Shown here: positions 46,795 through 54,900 of the stretch, piece after piece
Numbering within the stretch: position 1 is the first letter of the stretch
Layout of the letters: each line of letters begins with the position of its first letter
From: Anaerolineae bacterium
GTDB lineage: Bacteria > Chloroflexota > Anaerolineae > CG2-30-64-16
Assembly (NCBI GenBank): GCA_034432655.1
Contig: DAOUBP010000157.1
Coordinates: 6,874 to 70,873 of the forward strand
Reading direction: 5' to 3'
DNA: 64,000 nt
The notes under the pieces: model-generated
The model's database searches: none
Told to the model about the DNA's origin: nothing
What the model saw: the letters and a program-made list of their open reading frames with translations, nothing else
Made by a program: the position numbers and the translations under genes

Positions 46795-47568
46795 TTAACT
46801 CGCGGCGTCCGGGGCAGGCTGGCCTGGCTCCCAACGCGCCCGGGCCAGGGTGAAGCCGCCGACCCACGACGCGCCTCCGCCGCGCAATGCCTCGGCGCAG
46901 GCCTGCAACGTGCTGCCGGTAGTACAGACATCATCCACCAGCACGATTCGCTTTCCCGCCACGCTGCGGGTACAAGCGAACGCCCCTACTACGTTCAGAG
47001 CGCGCTCTGAACGTCCCAGCCCAACCTGCTGCCGCGTCGCTCGGACGCGAACCAACGTTTGCTCGTCCACCGGGACACCCACGGCCTCGGCCAGGCCCTT
47101 CGCCAACAGCGCCGCCTGATTGTAGCCACGCTCAGCGACCCGCTGGCGGTGCAATGGCACGGGCACGATCACATCTGCCGGGGCAGGGATACGTGGCCAG
47201 GCAGCCGCCATCAGCGCGGCCAACGGCTCTGCGAGGCTGCGGTTGTTCTCGTATTTCAGCTGATGAATAGCATCCCGCAGAGGCGGAGCGAAGACAGCGG
47301 CCGAGATGATGACGTCCAACGGTGAAGGGAGCGCCAGACAATCCGGGCAGAGCAACTCGTCCGGGCCCGGCCGGCCACAACGCGGACAGGCCGGCGCAGG
47401 CGGTGGCACGACCCGTGCCAGGCAAGCCCGACAAAACACCTCCCCCATGCGCCCACAACCGGGGCAGCGCGGGGGGTAAAGCACATCAAGCAGGATCCGG
47501 CCGGCCCGCCGCAACTCACGCCGGAGCCCTGTGAACCTGGCGGCACCGGTTAAAGCCATCCCCATCAT
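46795..47568 (-). CDS. comF: ComF family protein (zinc-ribbon + phosphoribosyltransferase domain)
   Basis: CPGCG/CPRCG double zinc ribbon. PRTase motif VLVDDVCTTGST. Confidence 0.8.
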   Translation of the reverse strand: MMGMALTGAARFTGLRRELRRAGRILLDVLYPPRCPGCGRMGEVFCRACLARVVPPPAPACPRCGRPGPDELLCPDCLALPSPLDVIISAAVFAPPLRDAIHQLKYENNRSLAEPLAALMAAAWPRIPAPADVIVPVPLHRQRVAERGYNQAALLAKGLAEAVGVPVDEQTLVRVRATRQQVGLGRSERALNVVGAFACTRSVAGKRIVLVDDVCTTGSTLQACAEALRGGGASWVGGFTLARARWEPGQPAPDAAS

Positions 47569-47590
47569 CCGTCCCTCTCCCGGGGACGTC

Positions 47591-47746
47591 TCACTGACGG
47601 CCGGTGAACAGGCCCTGGACGGTGTTGATGACCCATAAACGAAGGTCATCACCCATGATCAGCAAAATGGCCACGATGATGATGGCGATCAGAACGATGA
47701 TCAGGGCCAGCTCAAGGAGGCTGGCACTAGAACCTTGATTACGCAT
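47591..47746 (-). CDS. Small (51 aa) membrane peptide, Flp/type IV pilin-like
   Basis: MRNQGSSASLLELALIIVLIAIIIVAILLIMG... with RBS AAAGGTAGAGG. Below the ORF-track size cutoff. Confidence 0.35.
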   Translation of the reverse strand: MRNQGSSASLLELALIIVLIAIIIVAILLIMGDDLRLWVINTVQGLFTGRQ

Positions 47747-47844
47747 CCTCTACCTTTCTCTCAACCTCTGGCGCCAGCCTGATGATACACCGGCCGCGCT
47801 GTCATGTGAAGTATCCATCTCATCAATCACCTGCTCTGCCTCTG

Positions 47845-48612
47845 TCAACGGCCGGACGGCGCCAGCGCGGCCCGGATGCGACGCCCTTTGCGCAAGAGCC
47901 GCCGGAGCGCAAGCCGCAGAACGGTGCGCGCGGCTTTCAGGATCTCGTTGCGGGAGATCTTGGATTGTCCCAGGCGACGATCAACGAAAACGATCGGCAC
48001 CTCACCGACAGTGAAGCCGAGCTGCTGACAATTGTACAACATCTCGATCAGATATGAATAGCCATTGGCACGAATCGCATCCAGATCAATGGCTTCCAGC
48101 ACCGCGCGACGATAGCAACGAAAGCCCGCTGTGCAATCGCGCGCGTGCAGGCCCAGTACCAGGTGTGCCAGCGTGTTTGCGCCCCAACTCAGCAACTTGC
48201 GCTCAACTCCCCACAGGCGCACCCCGCCCCCTGGGACATACCGCGACCCGATGACCAGGTCGTAACGCTGGCTGGCCTCCAACAGGGCAGGCAGATAAGA
48301 AGGATCATGGGAGAAATCGGCGTCCATCGTCAGGATCAAATCTGCTCCCATCGCCAGGGCCTGCCGAAAGCCGGCTGTGTAGGCCGTGCCCAGGCCTAAC
48401 TTGCCGGCCCGATGGATGACGTGAATATCATCGCGGCCGCGCGCCAGCTCATCGGCCAGCTGGCCGGTGCCATCGGGAGAATTGTCGTCTACGATGATGA
48501 CCTGGATCGGGGCAGACAGCGCTGAGATCGCCGCAATGAGAGCGCGCAGGTTCTCTCGCTCATTGTAAGTCGGCAATACAAGGACCACGTTAGGACGATA
48601 AGTATGGGGCAC
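47845..48612 (-). CDS. GT2 polyprenol-phosphate mannosyl/glucosyltransferase (DPM1/Ppm1-like)
   Basis: VVLVLPTYNERENL and IIVDDNSPDGT motifs. Start likely the GTG after GAGGAAAA. The longer ORF would run into the divergent promoter. Confidence 0.8.
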   Translation of the reverse strand: MPHTYRPNVVLVLPTYNERENLRALIAAISALSAPIQVIIVDDNSPDGTGQLADELARGRDDIHVIHRAGKLGLGTAYTAGFRQALAMGADLILTMDADFSHDPSYLPALLEASQRYDLVIGSRYVPGGGVRLWGVERKLLSWGANTLAHLVLGLHARDCTAGFRCYRRAVLEAIDLDAIRANGYSYLIEMLYNCQQLGFTVGEVPIVFVDRRLGQSKISRNEILKAARTVLRLALRRLLRKGRRIRAALAPSGR

Positions 48613-48755
48613 GAACTGTTTTCCTCGATGAGAATGGCCAGACTTTAACTGCCATGCACGTTTCAAGCCTATTCTAGCACAACCTGACATACGACGCCAG
48701 TGTAATGGGGGCAGTGGTGCAATTGATGAAACTAGAAAAATCTTGCACAAACCCC

Positions 48756-48783
48756 TTGACATTCTCGTGAAAATCATTATAAT
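48756..48783 (+). promoter_or_regulatory. Near-consensus sigma70 promoter TTGACA / 16 bp / TATAAT
   Basis: Read directly; 60 nt upstream of the Rrf2 start. Confidence 0.55.
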
Positions 48784-48802
48784 TGAGACTAGTTTAGTCT
48801 CA
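48784..48802. promoter_or_regulatory. Perfect palindrome TGAGACTA-gtt-TAGTCTCA abutting the -10; candidate Rrf2 operator (autoregulation)
   Basis: 8-bp arms, 3-bp spacer, located at the predicted transcription start. Confidence 0.5.
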
Positions 48803-48842
48803 ATTCCTCAACGCAAGTTCTTACGCAACCGGCTGAGCTGCC

Positions 48843-49265
48843 ATGATCACTATCAACCGTGAGACCGACTATGCAGCTCGCGTGCTCCTGCATCTGGCAC
48901 TCCAGGAACCAGGCAGCCGCGTCACTGCGCAACAAATAGCCGCGCAGCGCGTGATCCCTCGTGCTCTGGTGCGCCGGGTGGTCAGCCGCCTCAGCGCCGC
49001 CGGTCTCGTGATCACGACGCGCGGCAGCGAAGGCGGGATCAGCCTGGCCCGGCCAGCTGCGCAGATCAGCCTGTTGGATGTCGTGGAAGCCCTCGAGGGG
49101 CCACTGGCTCTCAACATCTGCACCATCGAGCCCGAAGTGTGCCCCTTGATCCCGGTTTGCACCGTACACGACGCCTGGGTCCACGCCCGGCAGCTATTGC
49201 GCGACACCCTGGCCCAGATCACATTCGACAGGCTGGCGAACAAGAAGGAGGTGGGTAGCGGGTAG
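48843..49265 (+). CDS. Rrf2 family transcriptional regulator (IscR/NsrR-like, 3 Cys)
   Basis: N-terminal wHTH (YAARVLLHLA). C-x6-C-x5-C cluster ligands. Confidence 0.85.
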   Translation: MITINRETDYAARVLLHLALQEPGSRVTAQQIAAQRVIPRALVRRVVSRLSAAGLVITTRGSEGGISLARPAAQISLLDVVEALEGPLALNICTIEPEVCPLIPVCTVHDAWVHARQLLRDTLAQITFDRLANKKEVGSG

Positions 49266-49267
49266 GA

Positions 49268-49365
49268 GCGAAACAGCGAAGCAACGAATCATGAATCAGC
49301 GAATCAGCGAATCACGAATTCACTGTTCGTCCGTTCGCCGTTTGCTGATTCGCCCATTCACCGTC
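49268..49365. repeat. Heptad tandem repeat CGAATCA x~5 followed by its inverted copy (TGATTCG); large hairpin
   Basis: Seen directly between the Rrf2 gene and cydA. Confidence 0.75.
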
Positions 49366-49398
49366 AGGTATCAGCCATTTCTCTGTGGAGGTTGACGC

Positions 49399-50766
49399 AT
49401 GGATTCCCTTATTCTGGCGCGCTGGCAGTTTGCCATCACGACTGTCTACCACTTCTTCTTCGTGCCTCTGACGTTGGGGCTGTCGGTCCTGGTTGCCCTC
49501 ATGCAGACCATCTATGTGCGCACCGGAGACGAAACCTGGAAGCGCATGACTAAATTCTGGGGCAAGCTATTCGTCATCAACTTCGCCATGGGGGTCGTCA
49601 CCGGCATCGTCCAGGAGTTCCAGTTCGGCATGAACTGGTCGGAATACTCCCGCTTTGTAGGCGATATCTTCGGCGCACCGCTGGCCATAGAGGCATTATT
49701 GGCCTTCTTCATGGAGTCTACCTTCCTGGGGGTCTGGATCTTCGGCTGGGACAGGCTGTCCAAGAAGGTGCATCTGGCGTCCATCTGGTTGGTGGCGATC
49801 GGTTCCAACCTGTCGGCGCTGTGGATTCTGATTGCCAATTCGTTCATGCAAGAGCCGGTCGGTTTCGTAATCCGTGGCGGCCGGGCCGAAATGGTGGACT
49901 TCGGCGCCTTGCTGACCAATCCCCACGTCTGGTTGCAATGGCCGCATGTCTTCTTCTCCGGTTTGGCCACCGCTGCCTTCTTCATGCTGGGCATCGTGGC
50001 GTGGCGGATGCTACGAAAGGATAGCGACCGGAGCTTTCTACGCCGCTCGTTCCAGATGGCGGCAGTGGTTGCGCTGTTAGGCTCTGTCATGGTGGGGCTG
50101 ATCGGCCATTCCCAGGCCCAGCACATGATCCGGACGCAACCGATGAAGATGGCCGCGGCCGAGGCGCTGTGGAACACGGAACAACCGGCTGCCATGTCTC
50201 TTTTCACCGTCGGCGATATGGTCAACCGCCGCGACATCTTCGCCATCCGCTTGCCGGCTGTGTTGAGCATCCTGGCCTGCAACCGCACCGATTGCGCAGT
50301 GCAAGGCATCAACGAGCTGCAAGCGCAATATGAATCGCAATACGGGCCGGGCAATTACGTGCCGTTCGTGGTATTAATCTACTGGGCCTTTCGGGCAATG
50401 GTGGGGGCCGGTGTGGCGATGGTCGCGCTGGGCGCATGGGCTTTGTATCGCGTGTTGCGTGATCGCATCAGCGCGCCGGGCTGGCTGCTGCGACTCCTGC
50501 CGTTAGCGATCGCCCTACCGTATATTGCGAATACCGCAGGTTGGATCCTCACCGAAATGGGCCGCCAGCCATGGATCGTGTTTGGCGTGTTGAAAACCGA
50601 AGATGCCGTATCGCCCAACGTGGCCGGCGGGATGGTGCTGGCATCGCTGATCGGCTTCACGCTGCTTTACGGCGTGTTGATGGCTGCCGATGTCTACCTG
50701 CTGGCGAAATACGCCAAAGCCAATACCGAGGACGTGGCAAAGGACGTGGTCCCGAGCTGGGCGTGA
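49399..50766 (+). CDS. cydA: Cytochrome bd ubiquinol oxidase subunit I
   Basis: MDSLILARWQFAITTVYHFFFVPLTLG and Q-loop. Confidence 0.95.
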   Translation: MDSLILARWQFAITTVYHFFFVPLTLGLSVLVALMQTIYVRTGDETWKRMTKFWGKLFVINFAMGVVTGIVQEFQFGMNWSEYSRFVGDIFGAPLAIEALLAFFMESTFLGVWIFGWDRLSKKVHLASIWLVAIGSNLSALWILIANSFMQEPVGFVIRGGRAEMVDFGALLTNPHVWLQWPHVFFSGLATAAFFMLGIVAWRMLRKDSDRSFLRRSFQMAAVVALLGSVMVGLIGHSQAQHMIRTQPMKMAAAEALWNTEQPAAMSLFTVGDMVNRRDIFAIRLPAVLSILACNRTDCAVQGINELQAQYESQYGPGNYVPFVVLIYWAFRAMVGAGVAMVALGAWALYRVLRDRISAPGWLLRLLPLAIALPYIANTAGWILTEMGRQPWIVFGVLKTEDAVSPNVAGGMVLASLIGFTLLYGVLMAADVYLLAKYAKANTEDVAKDVVPSWA

Positions 50767-50807
50767 GGGACGTATTGCGTAGTGTGTACACACAACGGAG
50801 GCAACTC

Positions 50808-51821
50808 ATGGAGCTCAGTACCCTCTGGTTTATCCTGATCGGTGTGCTTTTCACCGGTTTCTTCATCCTGGAAGGGTTTGACTACGGCGTGGGTATCCTG
50901 TTGCCGTTCTTGGGCAAGAAGGACGAAGAACGCCGGGTGATCATCAACACCATTGGTCCATTTTGGGACGCCAACGAGGTGTGGCTGCTGACGGCCGGTG
51001 GTGCGATGTTCGCCGCGTTTCCCAACTGGTACGCCACGCTGTTCAGCGGTTTCTATCTGGCGCTGTTCCTCATGCTGGCGGCATTGATCGTGCGCGGGGT
51101 GGCGTTCGAGTTCCGCAGTAAAGACAAAAATCCCCGCTGGCGCGCCCTATGGGATTGGTGCATCTTCGTCGGCAGTTTCGTGCCCGCGCTGTTGTGGGGC
51201 GTGGCAATGTCCAACATTGTGCGCGGGGTGCCCATTGACGCGAACATGCACTACGTGGGCGGCTTCTTCAACCTCTTGAATCCTTACGCGCTGTTGGGCG
51301 GCGTGGCCGGATTGGGTGTGTTCACCCTGCACGGGGCGATCTTCCTGAGCTTGCGCACCGAGGGCGAGCTACATGCACGCGCAGAAACGGTGGCGAACCG
51401 TCTGTGGCCGATCGTGCTGGCCGTCGGCGCGGCAACCGTGGTTGCCAGCTACTTCGCCACCGACATCTTCCAGCGGTTAGGGATCAACCCGGGCATCAGC
51501 GCGCTGGGCGCGGGCGCAGCATTCCTGGCCGGCGGCTGGTTCTTGCGGCAGAAGCAAACGGGGTGGGCCTTCGCCATGACCGCCCTGACCATTGCACTGA
51601 CGATCGTGACTACCTTCCGCGGGCTCTACCCGCGTGTAATGGTGTCCAGCCTGAACCCGGATTGGAGCCTGACGGTCGCCAACGCCTCGTCGTCGCCTTA
51701 CACCTTGCGCGTCATGACCATCGTCGCGCTGATCTTTGTGCCCATCGTGCTGATTTATCAGGCCTGGAATTACTGGGTGTTCCGGGCCCGGCTCAGCGGT
51801 AAGAGCGCCCTGAAGTACTGA
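50808..51821 (+). CDS. cydB: Cytochrome bd ubiquinol oxidase subunit II
   Basis: MELSTLWFILIGVLFTGFFILEGFDYGVG. ACGGAGG RBS. Confidence 0.9.
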   Translation: MELSTLWFILIGVLFTGFFILEGFDYGVGILLPFLGKKDEERRVIINTIGPFWDANEVWLLTAGGAMFAAFPNWYATLFSGFYLALFLMLAALIVRGVAFEFRSKDKNPRWRALWDWCIFVGSFVPALLWGVAMSNIVRGVPIDANMHYVGGFFNLLNPYALLGGVAGLGVFTLHGAIFLSLRTEGELHARAETVANRLWPIVLAVGAATVVASYFATDIFQRLGINPGISALGAGAAFLAGGWFLRQKQTGWAFAMTALTIALTIVTTFRGLYPRVMVSSLNPDWSLTVANASSSPYTLRVMTIVALIFVPIVLIYQAWNYWVFRARLSGKSALKY

Positions 51822-51876
51822 TCTGCCTCGGTGCAGGTGTAGTCAATCAGGCTCAATAGCAGCAAAGGGGTGAGCG

Positions 51877-51933
51877 TCCTCAGATGCGGACGGCGAATGC
51901 GCACAACCCTGTAAGACCGCTCGCATCTGAGGA
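51877..51933 (+). other. 12-bp perfect inverted repeat (TCCTCAGATGCG...CGCATCTGAGGA) with 33-nt loop between cydB and cydDC
   Basis: Seen directly. Confidence 0.3.
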
Positions 51934-51992
51934 TGCTTGCTCCTCAGCCTTACTCCCCAACGCCATTCCTGGCAGTCACCCACGGGCTCGGC

Positions 51993-54900
51993 ATGTCTAA
52001 ATTCTTCGACCGCCGCCTTCTGAAAGAGGCCCAAGAGCGCCGCCTCGGCCTGGGACTGACCGTTGCGCTCAGCGCGCTGGCCGGCATCCTGACGGTGGGC
52101 CAGGCAACCGCTCTGAGTCATGCCGTAGCTGCCGTTTTCCTGGCCAACAGCGATCTGGGAGGCGTGCAACCCTGGCTGCTGGCACTGGCCGGCCTGACGG
52201 CGGCGCGCAGCCTGGCGGCCTGGGGAGGCGAGGTGGCGGCCAATCGCCTGGCGTTACAAGTGAAAAGCACGCTGCGCGCGCGGCTGATGGGCCACATCCT
52301 GACGTTGGGCCCGGCCTACATCCGAGGCGAGCGCACCGGTGAGCTGGTCAACACGGTCACCGAAGGGGTCGAGGCGCTGGATGCATACTTCAGCCAATAC
52401 CTGCCGCAAGTGGCACTGGCCGCTATTGTCCCGTTGGCTTTCCTCGCCGTCGTGTTCCCACGCGATCCGCTTTCCGGCCTGGTGTTGCTCCTGACAGCAC
52501 CGCTGATCCCCCTCTTCATGGTGCTGATCGGCAACGTGGCAGACGCGCTCACCCGCCGCCAATGGGGCGCACTCGGCCGCATGAGCGCGCACTTCCTGGA
52601 CGTGCTACAGGGTTTGACCACTCTCAAACTTTTCGGCCGCAGCCGGGAGCAGATCGCCATCATCCGACAGATCACCGATCAGCATCGCGATGCTACGCTG
52701 AAGGTGCTGCGGGTGGCTTTCCTGTCTGCTCTGGTGCTGGAGATGGTGGGCACGATCAGCACCGCCATCGTCGCGGTCGCGATCGGCCTGCGGTTGCTTT
52801 ACGGCAAGATGCTCTTTCAAGACGCGTTTTTCGTGTTGATCCTGGCTCCGGAATTCTACCTGCCGTTGCGCCTGCTGGGCACGCGTTTTCACGCCGGCAT
52901 AGCGGGGGTGGCAGCGGCTGGACGTATCTTCCAGGTGTTAGAGACAGGGGAGTGCAGAGACGCGGCGACGCAGGGACGCGAGGACATTGGGGCGCAGAGA
53001 CGCGGCGACGCGGACACAGAAACGCGGGGACGCGAAGACGCAGGGACATTGAGATGCGGGGGCGCGGAGACGCAAGGACGCTCTGCGTCTCCCTCTCTCC
53101 ACGTCTCCCTCTCCCCCCCTCTCCCCCTTCGCGTCGTGTTCGAGAACGTCTCCTACACCTATCCGACCCGCGCTACCCCTGCGCTGGACAGCATCAGCTT
53201 TGAGATCGGTCCCGGCGAAGTAGTGGCACTGGTCGGCCCCACCGGCGCAGGCAAGAGCACCGTGGCACAACTGCTCCTGGGCTTTATTCGTCCCACAACG
53301 GGCAAAATCACGGCGAAGATCGAAACAAAACCCGATGCCCATCAAACCGTCCGGCCTGACGCCACACCTCAGCCCCCAGCCTCCAGCTCCCGGCTCCCGA
53401 CTCCCGGTTCCCAGCCGCCGGCCGCCAGCCCCCGGCCACCAGCTGCCAGTCTCCAGCTTCCAGCCACCAGCTTCCGTCCTGCCTGGATGCCGCAATCTCC
53501 TTATCTGTTCTACGCCTCAGTGGCCGATAACATCCGGCTCGGCCGGCCCGCTGCCTCATGGGAGGAACTGCTTCGTGCAGCCGAGGCCGCCAACGCAGAC
53601 GACTTCATCCGGGCGTTGCCTCAAGGCTACGACACCGTCATCGGCGAACGCGGGGAACGACTCAGCGGCGGCCAGGCACAGCGGATCGCCCTGGCGCGCG
53701 CCTTGCTGATGGATGCACCGCTGGTAGTGTTGGACGAGCCCACGGCCAATCTGGACCTGGAAAGCGAAGCAGCAGTGCAGGCCGGCATCGGACGTTTGCT
53801 GCAAGGCCGCAGCGCCCTGATCATCGCCCACCGGCTGAACACGGTGCGCGCCGCGGATCGCATCATCGTGCTCGATGCCGGAAGGATCGTCGAACAAGGC
53901 ACACACGACGAGCTGATGGCGCGCCAGGGCAGCTACGCACAATTGGTGACCAGTGCGCAAGCCGAGAGCGCACCGGACGCGGCGGTCAGCCCTGTGTCAC
54001 CGGCGGCCGACCTGCAAACGCTTCGGCGCCAGGACTTACACACGGCACAACGTGGAGCACAGGACACGCAACACGCGGCACACAATACCCAGGACGCAAT
54101 ACACAACACGCAGTACGGAATACACAATCCCCAATCCACAATCATCGCCCTTCTCTCGTTTCTCGCCCCTTTCTGGCGCTGGGTGGCACTGGCAGTACTG
54201 CTGGGATTTCTGGCCATCGGCAGCAGCATCGGGTTATTGGGCACCTCAGCCTGGATCATCGCCATGGCCGCACTGCAGCCTTCCATCGCAGTCCTGCAGG
54301 TCGCAATCGTGGGGGTGCGCTTCTTCGGCATCGCGCGCGGCGTTTTCCGCTACCTGGAACGCCTGGTCTCCCATCAAGTCACATTCCGGCTGCTCGCCCA
54401 ATTGCGGGTCTGGTTCTACAGCATGATCGAGCCGCTGGCACCGGCGCAGCTCTCCGGCCGGCGGAGCGGCGACCTGCTGAACAGGATCGTATCCGACATC
54501 GCGGCGCTAGAGCAGTTCTACGTCCGGGCCGTCGCACCGCCCCTGGTCGCCCTGCTCACATCTGCCCTGGCGGTCTTGATCGTCGGCCTACACCACCCGG
54601 TGTTGATCGGGCCGTTGTTGATCTTTCTGGCCTTGACCGGCCTTGCAACACCGTTCGTTGTCCAACTGCTGGCCCGACCGGTGGGGGTAGAAGTAGCAGA
54701 AAGCCGCGCTGCGCTGAGTGCTGCGCTGGTGGATGGCGTGCAAGGCGCGGCCGATTTGCTGGCCTTTGGGGCTGAGGAAACGCACCTGGGACACATACAA
54801 GACCTCGACCGCCGGCTCGCTGATGGCCAGGCGCGCACGGCGGCCATCACTGCGCTGAGCACTGCACTGGGTATCCTGTTCACGTGGCTGGCAGCAACCT

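Noticed and set aside
48600-48665. Apparent 1-nt frame inconsistency when hand-translating the GT2 gene around 48600-48660
   Set aside because: Most likely my own position-counting error, since the ORF track gives an uninterrupted 310-aa frame. Not reported as a frameshift.
50541-50807. Upstream extension of the cydB ORF
   Set aside because: Overlaps the cydA 3' end in another frame. The MELSTLWF start with ACGGAGG RBS matches CydB N-termini.
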